Shown: piece after piece, positions 49,868-62,668 of the stretch
Layout of the letters: each line of letters opens with the position of its first letter
How positions within the stretch are numbered: the first letter of the stretch is position 1
Assembly: GCA_010015805.1 (NCBI GenBank)
Contig: ML978136.1
Location: 62,001-126,000, forward strand
Direction of reading: 5' to 3'
Length of the DNA stretch: 64,000 bases
Origin: Rhizodiscina lignyota
Taxonomy: Eukaryota
Program-made: the position numbers and the translations under genes
Notes under the pieces: model-generated
Seen by the model: only the letters and a program-made list of their open reading frames with translations
Told to the model about the DNA's origin: nothing
Database searches by the model: none

Positions 49868-52143
49868 TCATGCGCCTCCTGACTTTCCCACGCCTGGCAG
49901 GCCCGCCCAAGCTCTTCCTTCCGGAACCCTCGGCTTCCCGTAGTTGCCAAAGTTCCCGTCCAGGTCCAAGATGATCTTGAGCGCGTTCCTGCTCCTCAAG
50001 TACGCCAGCGGCGCCTTTGCCTCTGTCAAGCCAACGCCTGGCTCAGCGTAGCCTGTTGGCGTGCCGTGGTCCTTGTGCGTTCCTGGCATGGGCAACGTAT
50101 TCTGAAGCACTTCGTAGGCGGCGAGAGTGAAGCCGAATTGCGGAGATGAACGCAAGATACGAGCCGGGCCTCCCTTGAAGAACGCCTTGAATCCTTCTTG
50201 CTGCCAGATCAATTTCGCAGCATGCCGAAGACCCGTGTAGGTCTCCTCGCCCTTCCGAGCTTCGACTTGCAGCCGAGTCTTGATAACATCACACGGCGTG
50301 GTGAGGTAGGCAGCGGGCATACCAGCAATGGCACCAGCGGTAAGGAGCTGGAGGACGCCCAGCTTCTTCTGCGGGCTTTCGCCGAAGTAGTCTTTCTTCA
50401 AGTGCGCGTAGGTAGGGAAGTAGATCGCAGAGAACGGCACTGTGGCTTGTCTTAGCATCATGATTGCGTCTCGCACGATGATAACAAATGCTTACCGTCT
50501 CGGAGCAGGCAGGCAGTGGCGCCCTTATAGAGGCCAATAAGACCAAGATTCCTCACGATCCACATCGCGCTCCTCTTTGGGACGTCAGAGTTCTTTGCCA
50601 GCTCTCCTTGCACCTGGAGACGGATCTTGACAATCTCGAGCGGGTTCGTGAAGATCTGTTGAGCGGTTAACAGGGAGGATTTCTAGACAAATAAGTCTGC
50701 TTACCACTTGACACGCGCCAGCGCTGCCACCAGCAAGGACTTCATGTCCCCACCAAATCGAGTGCGTCTTTGGATCCATGAATTTGCCTCGCACAAGGTC
50801 ATTGACGGTTAGCTTAATAGCCTTCTCTGGCGCGACACCGACCAGCTGTGGCAGTACACCAGAATACAAGCCTTTGACACCCTCGTTCTGAATAACTTTC
50901 CTGGCGCAGTCGATTGAATTTTTATACAGAAGTTGGCCGACTCGTTGACTTCGCTGGTTTTGCATGCGCGTCTTGACCAGGTCAATCGGATACACCATGA
51001 ACGCGCCAAAAGCGCCAGCGACACTGCCAAGCGCGAAGTGGTGGACGGACTCTAGAACATCGTGTAGGAGAGACTTTGAGGTTGCAAAGGCCTTTTGCGC
51101 AGTGTCCATCGCCACGCCGGTAGCATCGGTTCCCAGCTCGTACGCGTTCTGCCATGACGGATCGATCACCTTTGCGAAATCGATGAGGCCAAGGCGACCA
51201 GACGGTTCGTCCAGGCCGGCGAAGTGAAACAAAATGTCGGCCTCCATGGGGGTGTAGTTGGAGAACCTTGTGGTTCTTATGGCTTCGTTCAGAAATTCGG
51301 TTCTTGTTATCTTGCCGTCCTTGCTTTTGCTTGTGCCAGAGCGGATGATACTGTCCAAAAGGTCCATTTCTCTGATGATGTTCAGGAACGCGCGGACGTT
51401 GGCGTACGAGATTTTGCTGCCGGCGGAGATGTTGCACAGGGTGTGCAGGTTCTCCAGCAAGTGGTCAGAGAGCTTATGGCTCGAAGTCTCTATGATGATG
51501 CGCTGGAACTCCTCAGGCTCGATATAGCCATCTCCGTCCTTGTCGAAGTATTGGAAGGCTTGCCGCACACGCTCACCCTGCAGTCCGCGCAACATCTGGC
51601 AGAACTGCGGGTATGTCATGTCATGGCGCTTCTTGCGGCCACCGGTATATAGCGCTGCCCACTCCGAGCTCCAGTCAAAGGGAAGCCCGCCCGCGGCCTT
51701 GTTTTCATGGTACAATCGGTTGAAGTCGTCCCACTTGACGACGCCTTCACCTTTCACATCGAAGAAGCGGAAGGCAATCTCGTAGTCCGCATCTGGTTTC
51801 CCAAGAAGGTTCTCGAAGTTGTTCCAGTCTTGCACGGTGACTCGGCCGGCCTTGCGGCGGTCTGCCACGCGAAAGAGAATGGCATATTGTGGGCGCTTGA
51901 TTTTGTGCTAGGAATCCGCGCATCAGATCATTAGCACAATCGCGTAACGTGTCTGACACTCACGTAGTTCTCACTTGTCGGCGCAACAGCGTTTATGAAC
52001 TCGTCTTCACCCAGATAGAACTCGCCAGTCTCTGGATCCTGCCGCGCATACTTCATGAACGTCGCCTTGGTCTGCCCTGAGAGGCCTGGGTCTTCGGTAG
52101 ACCCGAGCAGAGCTCTGGTAACACTCTCCTGCACCTTCGCCAT
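49868..52143 (-). CDS. agc1: Mitochondrial aspartate/glutamate carrier with N-terminal EF-hands (aralar/citrin-type)
   Basis: EF-hand FDKDGDGYI; carrier signatures [30 protein letters not shown]; introns near 51908-51963, 50656-50704, 50440-50495. Confidence 0.96.
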
Positions 52144-53324
52144 ATCGAAGTCTGGCGCGTTTCTCGATGTGATTCGGAAGTCGGACGTCAAAATCAAACT
52201 CTGCTTTCGCCCAGGAACTTATTTCCGTGAATCGCCGTAGGTAAGACAGACGCGTGGTCTAAGCGCGACGCCGCAAAGCTAAGCTCCGAAACTTTTTCAG
52301 ATGAGGCGTTACGCCGTCTTCGAGAAGAAGAATAACGGGAGCGAGCGAAGTTCGGGAAGAGGAAGTGTCGGAAAGGTGGAGCAGGCTGCGGAGGGTTTGT
52401 GGAGGCCGCGGAGCGCTCAATTGCGGTGTACAGCGTGAGATAGGAGCTCTCCTGGTTTTTTTACTAGCGGGCCAAAGAAAAAGTTGAAGGCAGCTCAGGG
52501 TGCCTGTCATGTCAAGCGTCGTTGGCTTAGCGGATCGATGATCCTTGCTAGCGGCAACGGCATCCGAAAATTTCATCTCTCTTGATAGAGCGCGCCATCC
52601 CAGCCCCTACCTGTCCATCATGATGTATATGGCTCAGAGGAGCTCGCAGACGGAGCCGGCGAGGTGATTCTCAAATGGTCATTCACGTCTCGGACGCCTG
52701 AACAATCATGTATCTTACCAAGGACACGAAGGCTGGTCGTATAACCGTCCGATGATCGCCGCCAACTGCCAGGTACCGACTTCTCGGCTACATGCGAGCC
52801 TCAAATCGCGGATGCATGACCGAACGACGAAAACGCAAGTCATGGGCAGCTTCTGCTCGCCCTCAGCCTTCCCGGGCTTCACGACGCACCTTGACCCTCC
52901 AGCTCTGCTGTTGCCACCAGACGCTACACTTTAGCTTACAAATTCTTAGTTACGTGACTTACGCTGCTTGGTGTATATCTTTTACTACTTCGTAGTTACG
53001 CGGGAAATTATACCCAGCAACTTTTTCTATAATAAGCACCTTTTGTTTCCATTGCGTATTATAGTCATCGCGTTCCGAGATCTGAATATTTCTAAAATAT
53101 TATATTCGGGGGTGAAGGCGTCTAAACTGAATACACATTCGCGGCCGGCGGGCTTTGTTATTAGCACACCATGTGGCCAATGTATCTCATGGTCTATACA
53201 TATGTACGCCTTGTGCTCTTAATTCGCGCTACACTCTAATGGTTGACCAGTAGTATTGCCTGGCCAATGGCCGTTCTGCAGTGATGTTGTAGGAAGGAGC
53301 ATACAGCTATCCTTCCTACTTCAG

Positions 53325-54790
53325 ATGTCAGGCGCACACTCGAAAGAAAAGATTGTATCTCGCCATGATTCCGATAACCCTCAATCACTTTCAAATCCTA
53401 CCCAGCAGGACACAGACAGTGGCGCTGTGGAATGCCCAGTCACCAAATCATACCCAGCAAGACGCAGACATTGGCGCTGTGGGATACCTGGGCGCGAGGT
53501 CAATGACATTATGGACTTCCGCAACATTCCCTCCAGCTCTGTGCATGATGGTAAGTGCTTGAGTGATTAACAATCGAAAGCGGGAGTCAATGCTAACTTA
53601 AATAGCCCCCAATGTGACACCTGTCGACCCTGCTTTGAACGAACCTGCTTTCCAGCGTCCTCCGACTACACGCAGCGACCTCGTTCTTTACGAACCTACT
53701 TTCAACGAACCTGCTTCCAACGAACCTGCTTTCGATGCCAGCGGGCTGCAGTGTCTTTCGCCTACACTAATCGACCCTACTCTTATTAAACCTGCTTTCC
53801 AGCGTCCTCTGACCACACGCAGCGACCTCGTTCTCTACGAGCATGCTTTTAACGAACCTGCTTTCAATCCGACTACACTGCGTGCCAATTGAGTGGATTC
53901 ATCATCCGGAGTGAACTCATCATCTAGAGTGAACTCATCATTTGGAGTAAACTCATCATTTGGAGTAAACTCATCATCCGGAGTGACCCAAGTAAACTCG
54001 TCATCTAGAGTCTCTCAGGCAGACACCCTCAGAGGTAGCAATTCCGGCAGGCCTTACAACAATGACGTCGCCCGGGCAGATCCAGCCCAAGAGGCACCGC
54101 GGAAGAGGCGCAGACTATTCGACTGACCTAGATCGCGATTTCCCTCGAGCATTTGAAGGCCTTCACTCTACACGTACACCATTAACGTTCAACACGCCGG
54201 TCACGTCCTCGAATAATGTGGCTACAGTCAGAGGGGGCACTGCACGCAGACGATGCGGTTCAATACAGAATTCTCAGCCTTCCGAATGTTTTGAGCCTTC
54301 CGAAAGCCTCCAGTCTTCCGAAAGCCTTCAGTTTTCCACGCCCGCAACCTCCTTGGGTTCTCAGTCTCCCGCGTTACAGAGCGATTTGAGTTCTCATTCT
54401 CCCGCCCGCGCGCTGAACTCCCTCGCGCCGACCTCACTCAATACTACACAGAGCAGTTCGGCAGGAAGTAGTGGGTCTGCTGTGCCCAGGAGAAATTATG
54501 CACAGCCGCGGAACTATGTTCGCTGTCTGAATTGCTTGCTTAACAAAACAGGTTGCACTCACTCATATGAGTACAGTGAGAGATCGTACATTGTTGCAAC
54601 AGCCTCGGAAGAGCACGCTCTCCAAATATGGGACAGGGCGGCGAGAAAAAAGATGCACCTGTCCTGTGCACTCTGTTTTCAGAATAAGGGGTATTGTTCT
54701 CACTACTTGACGCCGCATGAATGGATGAGAACCTGGCAGAGTGTGGGAGGCGGCATCTCTCATGACCAACAAAGTCCACAGGGCGTGTGA
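53325..54790 (+). pseudogene. Disrupted low-complexity gene with paired Cys/His motifs
   Basis: Canonical-looking intron 53551-53605 but no frame continues cleanly; in-frame TGA at 53890; frame change near 54062-54126. Confidence 0.4.
53624..54011 (+). repeat. ~97-bp duplication (offset 147) with 15-bp subrepeats, followed by an 18-bp tandem array
   Basis: Copies start 53624 and 53771; GAGTGAACTCATCATCCG-type unit x5-6 from 53891. Confidence 0.85.
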
Positions 54791-54987
54791 GGCGACATTT
54801 TTCATTATATCCAACAAAATTGGCAGAGCGTGGGAGGCGGTACTTTGCGGGATATTTTGCTCGCATGACAACTCGATGGGAGCAATACTAACTGATGAGA
54901 ATATTTCACACTGTTCCTACATACTCTGCTTAGTAAACAAGAATGATTTAGCTGATGAAGTTCATGCCATTGTCTATGTAGACCGAA

Positions 54988-55431
54988 TTAATTACCGTAC
55001 ATCCGTAACGCATTGACGAGCTGCGCAGGTGTCACGCCGCCATTTGGCGGATTGAGGGAGAAGCCGTTACGAGATACGCCATTCCATAGCCTGTTTAACC
55101 TCCTTTGCCTTACCACCATGTTGAACTGGCGATTCTGGCCAACATGTGCTTCTAGACCCAAAGTTGTCTTGAACTCGTCGATAAGCTGGATAGCCGCGAG
55201 GAGAACCAACTCCTTCTGGAATGAAGAATGTTGATTTTGGCGGGGTGCGGAATCGTCCGAATCGAGAACAGAGGCGACATATTCCGTATATTGTTCGGCG
55301 AATCGATTGTTCATGCGGAAGTTCCAGATTTCACGTTGGTTTGCCACGAGGTCAATAGATTCCCAGCCAGTGTGAGCTCCATCGACCGGAGTGAATAATT
55401 CCGGTAGAGGACAATGGTAAGACTCCAGCAT
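54988..55431 (-). CDS. Hypothetical protein (147 aa)
   Basis: ATG-started ORF with globular-looking composition; no recognised motif. Confidence 0.4.
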   Translation of the reverse strand: MLESYHCPLPELFTPVDGAHTGWESIDLVANQREIWNFRMNNRFAEQYTEYVASVLDSDDSAPRQNQHSSFQKELVLLAAIQLIDEFKTTLGLEAHVGQNRQFNMVVRQRRLNRLWNGVSRNGFSLNPPNGGVTPAQLVNALRMYGN

Positions 55432-55937
55432 CTGATAATGAAGTATTATAGTAGTTCGTCGACCGGAAGGGAAAGTGCGAAGAGTACTGAGATTCGTTGT
55501 GAAGCCATCAAACCCCGCGGCGATGAGATGAATGGTATGATTCCCGGTAGTGTTCTGATTCTATATAACCAGATATATTCTGTAGCCCCGTCGGGAGCTC
55601 TTTAATTGGCTGGCAATCCTCTGAAGCAAGTTCACTCTGAGTTACGAATACCAGGGATATGGAGATGACACCGTCCTATTCTTGCAGTGCGGTCTCTAGC
55701 TGAGGCTCAATATCCCCGCCAACCTTAAAAGGAGTTGCTCTCCATATGTAGCTTGAAGTTGGCAGCCCCCTGTCTTTTTCGAGGTGCAGTATTTTAGGCA
55801 ACAGTCCCCCTCTCTATCTTAATTGTAGATGCACCTCTCAACCTCAGTCGGGCCTCGTCGAAAATCATTTCACTTCCGAGCCATTCGATATCCGTTACAC
55901 CCCGAAGTGCTCAAGGTCGGGAGATTACGTGTTAAAA

Positions 55938-58367
55938 ATGACTGCTCTGCCTATCGATTTGTATGCCGATGGTATCCTTAGTACCGCCAACACATCCAAC
56001 CCCGACATCACTGTGAAACCATGCAACCTCTGTTCCTGCGCCAGAGGCTACATATCTTATACGGAGGCTACTTTCAGCGACATGTGGGAGCTTTTTCATT
56101 CCTCGTGCTCGTCCTGCTCTGATGCGGAAACGCAGCATCCGACACTTCTTTGCGAGTTCTGTCGACATCTTCGCCTACCACATTTCGACCAGTGCTTGCC
56201 TCCCGCAATTAGGGAACGAGTTCAGCTGAATATTGGAAATCTCGCGGAACGAAGTGCGGAATGTCAGTTCTGCTCCTTCATCTTAAGAATCGTCGACCTC
56301 GAAGTTGGCGCGCTCTCCTCTACCAGTGCGTCGCTAGATAACCAGTCAATCCTAATCAAAGAAGCGAGCCATATTCGTACTAATACTATCCACTGGAGCT
56401 TTGAAGATGATAATAGAAATTGTGGGTATTTTACGCTACAGACGGCGCCCTTCGACCGTTTTGTAGATTGGCGACAGGTCCGCAGCTGGATTCCGAATTC
56501 CATGACTGAATCTTGCAGTAAAGTCAGTTTGCCTCAGCATTTAATAGACAACTTCAAGCTCATCGATATTCAAAGAAAGTGTATAATTAATGCACCGAAT
56601 CCTTGCCAGTACATCACGCTTAGTTACGTTTGGGGCAACGATTCATCGCGCTACTTCAGGGCCTCTCTGGATAACATCACGTTTCTGGAGACTCCAGGAG
56701 CTTTGGATACGATTGATCTCCCAAGGAGCGTTTCAGATGCAATTGAGGCTTGCTCAAAGCTTGGATACAATCACCTCTGGGTAGATTGTCTATGTATTCT
56801 CTCCGATGATGCCGAGAGCAAGCATGAACAGATCGGCCAGATGGATAAGATCTATGAAGGCTCTGAACTGTGCATTGTTGCAGCAGCAGGACCAGATGCA
56901 AGCTACGGACTTCCAGGCATATCTCGCGGTCGGGGCTGCAGGGATGGGGAAGGAGAAATCTACGGCTTGAAACTTCGACCGCTTCTTCATTCTGCAAGCA
57001 CTCTGATCGATGCAAGCAAATGGGCTCAACGGGCGTGGACATACCAAGAGGACATTATGTCCAATTGCCGGCTGTTCTTCACTGACATGGGCGCATTCTT
57101 CCATATACGTCTACCGCATCGTCAACATTATATCACTGATCAGCCCGCCTGCACCGGCTTGCAAACCTCTGGGCCCATGGGGAGCGCCGCACTTGAATAT
57201 CCTGCCATGCTATTCGGATATACGCGCCGGGAACTTTCTTTTAGTGAAGATATTCTCAGAGCGTTTTCCGGCATCTTACACCGCCTCTTCGAGCAAGCAA
57301 CAATATTCGGCCTACCCCTTAGCCAATTTGATCGAGCAATCCTCTGGCATACTGACGACTATCTGAGCACGGCACGTTGTTCAAATGTAGACTGCCTCTT
57401 CCCGTCTTGGTCATGGACGTCAGCATTTGGTACAATTCGCACCTCGACGGACAACTCTGGCGTTGCGCTCTGGGCAATCGCCACTGCCAAAGGCAAATCT
57501 CATCAAAATTTAACAATCATGATCCCTGATCCTGAGCTGTGCATGGAATACGAAGACTGCAGTGCCTGTATGTTCGCTTGGGCCTCAGGGTGCGTTGCAG
57601 CGGCCCGTCCCACCAATATCGACCTCCAAAATTTCACGCAACAAGATATCTTGTCGCCCAACTATCGGTGGAATAGCTATAAGGATTACTGGATGGAAGT
57701 TTTCGGTGAATACCTTACAAACCCGCCATTCTCAAGAGAGGAAACTGAGATTGCTCGTACGAATGGTCGACTGCTTGTGTTTACCCAAGAAGCCAAGTTC
57801 AGGATCAACCTCATCGACAAGGTTGACACGTGGACCCCAGGAAAGCGGTATGTCGAAATTCGGGGCACTGACGGAAGGACGGCGGGTTTAATCCAACTCA
57901 GCGAGCATCACATAAAAAGGTTCCTCACTAGTACCTATGACTCCGCTAGATTCATCGCGCTCTCGGCAGGCACCGATCCCGCTCACGAACTGCATCCAAT
58001 CGAGTGCATTAGCTGTGGTCAAACCCACGAACCAGACCTAAGCGCAAGCCTGCCGGGCGATTCATGCGGGAGGCAGAACGCGCCAAGCGTCCTTTCAGAT
58101 CAAGATCACAGCATCGAACAGCTTCTCAAACCGCCTCCTTCAGGCTTCTCAACTAGTATTTTCTTCCTGGACACGGAAGGAAAGCCACAGTCGGCCCAGA
58201 TTGTTCCAGTGTGGCAGGTTCTAAGACCTGTCATGATGAACGTCATGCTTGTGGCAAGCGACGACCCAAGCGATGACAGGGTCGTACGGAGGGTCGGCAT
58301 TGGGCAAATATATCTCAGGAAATGGGCGCGAGCAGAACGGAGATTGCGAACGCTTATCCTGGAATGA
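55938..58367 (+). CDS. Heterokaryon incompatibility (HET-domain) protein
   Basis: Intronless ORF; YITLSYVWG, LWVDCLCI, QIGQMDKIY, WAQRAWTYQE, FPSWSW, C-terminal RRVGIG. Confidence 0.93.
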   Translation: MTALPIDLYADGILSTANTSNPDITVKPCNLCSCARGYISYTEATFSDMWELFHSSCSSCSDAETQHPTLLCEFCRHLRLPHFDQCLPPAIRERVQLNIGNLAERSAECQFCSFILRIVDLEVGALSSTSASLDNQSILIKEASHIRTNTIHWSFEDDNRNCGYFTLQTAPFDRFVDWRQVRSWIPNSMTESCSKVSLPQHLIDNFKLIDIQRKCIINAPNPCQYITLSYVWGNDSSRYFRASLDNITFLETPGALDTIDLPRSVSDAIEACSKLGYNHLWVDCLCILSDDAESKHEQIGQMDKIYEGSELCIVAAAGPDASYGLPGISRGRGCRDGEGEIYGLKLRPLLHSASTLIDASKWAQRAWTYQEDIMSNCRLFFTDMGAFFHIRLPHRQHYITDQPACTGLQTSGPMGSAALEYPAMLFGYTRRELSFSEDILRAFSGILHRLFEQATIFGLPLSQFDRAILWHTDDYLSTARCSNVDCLFPSWSWTSAFGTIRTSTDNSGVALWAIATAKGKSHQNLTIMIPDPELCMEYEDCSACMFAWASGCVAAARPTNIDLQNFTQQDILSPNYRWNSYKDYWMEVFGEYLTNPPFSREETEIARTNGRLLVFTQEAKFRINLIDKVDTWTPGKRYVEIRGTDGRTAGLIQLSEHHIKRFLTSTYDSARFIALSAGTDPAHELHPIECISCGQTHEPDLSASLPGDSCGRQNAPSVLSDQDHSIEQLLKPPPSGFSTSIFFLDTEGKPQSAQIVPVWQVLRPVMMNVMLVASDDPSDDRVVRRVGIGQIYLRKWARAERRLRTLILE

Positions 58368-60331
58368 GCAGAAGTGCGCCGCTGTGTTGAGGACCCCAGC
58401 AAATGCTATAGCAAATGCATCAGGCAGAGGAGAGTCGTTGCGAAAGCTTCAGCGGAAACACCAGACGGGGGCTAGGAAGCCCTGTGACAGATACAGGAGC
58501 AATTGAAATAGAAGAATCAGAAGACAGGATCCAGCACTCATCAAGGAGCTCATGATCATGATGCCAGAAGCTAAGAGCAAGCTATCACCGAAATCGGACA
58601 AGGAAATTGGGAGGTAATAGATGGGAAAGACGTTGAAAGCGGAACCTTGGTGATTTCTCTTCAACATCAAGTGTTTGAGAGAACAGAACTTGAGAATGAA
58701 GCATCTTTCTGAAACTTCTCGTGCTAACCACGCATACCCACAGGCTTTCCCTCAGGAACGACAAACTGGCGGAGAGAGTGCGCGCAAATATGACCATTCC
58801 ACAACTTACACTTCGCTGGATGATATTATCCCAATGGGAGATGTCCTCAAATGAGCAAAGACATCATTGGTTGGACAGACCATGTCTACGTGTATATGTA
58901 TTTGAAATTGCTGGGCTCGGCCTCTCTGCCTCCCGTCACGGGAGTGCGCGTGCCAGCGGTTGAAGCACACGAGATGGTGCAGAGGGATCCGGTCATTATT
59001 GCAGTGATGCAGCGAAACGCTGTCAGTTATGTCCAGAAGTTCGCATTGTATCCGAGAGATCGCCGTTGATGATGCAAACAGTCGAGGTATTCGTCGACAG
59101 GTGGAAGATGACTTTGACCGTATTCGCCTCCGAATGCATCCAGGTCCCTGGCCTTCTTTCTTGTTGCCGCACCTGGACGCCGAAGAGTTGTCGCGGCGGC
59201 AGCGGTGATATTCGCCGACTTTCTTATACTGATATCAAATGGAATTCTGCTGAATACCGCGAGAATTCCAAAAACCTCAGGCCGTGTCCTCCGGCCAAGG
59301 CAAAGGCAGCGAATAAGAGAGGATGCATTCTTGCACGGGCTTGGCACCAGCATTCGGTGTGCAGAAGGGGACCCGGAGCATTAGAGCACCTCGCTCCTTC
59401 TCACCTCTCTGCGGAGAAAGTCTGGGGAAATGGAGTATGTAGAACGCGCGTCTGCGCATCGGCGGGCGCATTTCATTATATCTCTTGCATAATATTTGCG
59501 ATAGCTGATACTCCCGTGCTTGTCTAAGTCCTGAAGCGTCCATGTGGCTGCAGCTATTTCCGGCTTTAGAGTTATGCGCGGATGTACGTCAGCCTCCAAT
59601 ACGAGCAGCCAAGTTCCGAAGCCGATCGATACACTCAGCCGTCATCCGCTTCTCCTCCATCACTCCAGAGCGCATTGGCAATCCAACCAGGCCTCAGTGT
59701 ATAAGACGTTTTGGGTAGAGAAAGTAGTGGGTATATTTACGGTGGCTTCTTTACAAAGCACCGAGGCGCAGCTGGGAGAGTGCGCCGGTTATGCAGAGCT
59801 CCGAGCTCAGCGCTCAGCCCTACAACAAGAGAACCGTAGTTCCTGTGCCAACGGGCCAACGACACGCGAGCGTGGCGCAGGGCCAGGCGAAGAAGCGTTA
59901 ATCACTTAATCTCGACCTCCGGGTGATGAGAAATTGACGAGGCCTGCTGCACTCGTGGCCCTGGGTGGCATGCACATGCATGAGTGCTGACAGAGGCGAG
60001 TCTTCGCCATGCCTTTTTCCACTTCCATTTTATCTATCGCCTGCCTCAGCATTCGCGCATTCCGAACTCTTCTGCTCGCTCTTCTTTGAAACTAGCACAA
60101 CGCTGTTTTCTCCCCTACTCCGCAATATATCGTCGCTGTCCACGTATTCGTTTGCTTTAAAGTGTCCACCCTAGCGCAAACCGGGGCAACACCACTCCTT
60201 TTACGCTAGCGGCGTCGCCGATCCTGACGTCTTCTGGCTGAGCTGGACATAGCTTAGAGGCCCAAAGGCCCCGACAATAATCTCTTCTTCTTCCTCGCGC
60301 AACGTCGCACGACCCGTAACACCCAAGAACA

Positions 60332-61526
60332 ATGTCGAGGAGAAGCGTATTCACCACCATCACCCCTCTCCCGCCCACCATCTCGCGGGAGACGGCCGTT
60401 GAAGCTCTGCACGACCACAAGCTCATGATCGACTTGAACCCGCTGGTGATCGAGCGCAAGCTGGTACCGAAAGCACCGCACTTTGCCAGTGCGGAGGAGT
60501 ACAATTGCAAATGGTATCTCATCACTGACAGGTACGTCTATTCTGAAGCAATTCATCAGTCTGATCGCGCGACACCGATTGCGTTTCCAAACAAGTTTCG
60601 CCCCAGACGTAGCTAACTCTTGTTTCAGAATATCGTACATGCCAGGGCGCATGGTAACCGGCAAAGTCGACTACTACGCATGCTTCCACGACCTCCACGA
60701 TGGCATACAAACCCACTGCTTCGCACCCATGGGCCTCGACATCCGCTCACGCTGGAGAGTCGCCGGCAGCTTACCTGGCGAGCCGCGCGAACCTACGGAG
60801 CTCGGTCTTGGCATCCCAAAGGAAGGACTGTATATTCGCGAGGATGTGCAGATGAAGTGCAACATCATGTTAACGAGCTTTGTGAAAAAGACGTTCAAGA
60901 AGGCCCACGAGCGCCTTGTCGACCGGTTAGGAGAGAAGACGCACGTCGTTGACACGGACAGGCACAACGACCGGCTGCGTGTGTCGGGCAGAATGTCTGG
61001 ATATGGGACAGCGGGATCATCAACGCCTTCCACTCCGTCGTTCACCGCACCGGGCTCTCCACCACTCCCGTCAGCCTCCCCACGCTTCTCCGGTGCTGCA
61101 ATCATGCGCCCCGACAGCCCGGCCTCACAGCATACTGGTGTGTCCAGATCCAGTGTATCTCCATATTACGGCTCGCCAATGATGGCGGCGCAAATGGCAG
61201 CACAGGGCCTGGACCCGAACAATCCCCATCACCAGAGCTACATTTCACCGCTCTACCACCAAATGGACCCTGCGTATCGTGCGGCGAATCCATACGCGCA
61301 GCCTCCACCGGGCTCGAACCCGCATTTTTACGATCCGTCAATGCAACAAGGCGATATGAAGATGGCCTATCCGAATCCGATGGGATACCCGCAACCACCG
61401 ATGCACCAGGGCGCAGTGGAGATTGCGAGCTCCGAATTACAACATCCTGCAATAAGGGAGGACGGAAAGCTCGGACCGCCAGTACCAGCGAAGGTTCCAT
61501 ATCCGCCAGCGGAGATGGAAGGTTGA
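60332..61526 (+). CDS. Conserved fungal protein (DUF7053-like N-domain, Pro-rich tail)
   Basis: TITPLPPTISRETAVEALHDHKLMIDLNPLV; intron 60532-60628; GIQTHCFAPMGL..YIREDV. Confidence 0.75.
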
Positions 61527-62668
61527 GACTGAAACAGGACAGAGATGGAAGGCATGATACAGGATGGAAAGACAGAAATATGAGGACACTATTGATTGCG
61601 CAACAAGGCGAAGTGGAGTTTGACAACGGTCAAAACCCAATCTTTACGGCGATATTTTCACGAACAAGGAAAGCTTGGTGCATTTTTTGAACGGATTTTG
61701 AACGGACGAACTTTGATATGAAGGTTTGCAACGACTCGACCTTTCTCGGCTTCTGGGCTTCTGGACTTCCACGAATGTCAATCTCATCTGAGATTCTCTT
61801 TTTGTTTCTTGCTTCTTTTTTGCAAGCGTTTGATACCAATTAGCTGTTAATGTAAATATTGCACACGTTCCATCCTCGCACTTGCGTTCGATGCGGCCGC
61901 TCCTGCGCTCCTGCAGCGTGCCTGCGTTAGCGTTGCTTTTCGCTTTCTTCCGAAAATTCCAAATCATTCATCCTCCTACATTCTGGGATTCAACTCCGAT
62001 GCAACACTGAGAGGGGCCAAGATCAAGATATCAGTCAAAACTCCTCCGCCCCGATGCGGTCTCTACTTGATACAATGTAGGATTCGTAGCGGATTTCCCA
62101 TACTCAAAGTTGTCGACCCGGCTCACAGTCCCTTGGGATATTCACTACAGTCTGCTCGAGCAGACCAGATCCTTAGCCATGTTGGAGATCAGGAAAGCAG
62201 TAGCAATCGACTGAGAAGAGGCCCCTCTGCTGCTTCAGTTCAACTCGGAGCACTCTTGCTCTTTCCTGGATACCGACTATGCGGACGTAGAAAACAGGAC
62301 TCCGACATGGGGCCGGAACGAAATGACGAACCCAGTACTAGTACGCGTCGCAGCAGGTCTGAATCGGCATACGAAAGCGCGTATAAGAAGTAAAATCATG
62401 TTGGAGCGACTCATTATGATTTCCTCATCGGAGCTCTCGTTCCCCCGCCATTGGAAATGCCCACCGAGTAGGAGGACTTTATCGACAGGACGCACAAGTA
62501 TTTCCCGACAACCCCTTCAGCCGACGACTTTCACCAGCTGTACTGCTAAGGTTGCCTACGACGGGGCGATGTTGACCGAAAGAGCACGGGGCTTATGTTA
62601 GAAGAGTCGTGTTTACTACGACGATACTGGTTACATTATTTAGGGAAGAACCGCCCGCAATTTAGGAA

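Noticed and set aside
53891..54011. CRISPR-like array
   Set aside because: Contiguous tandem units without spacers, in eukaryotic DNA.
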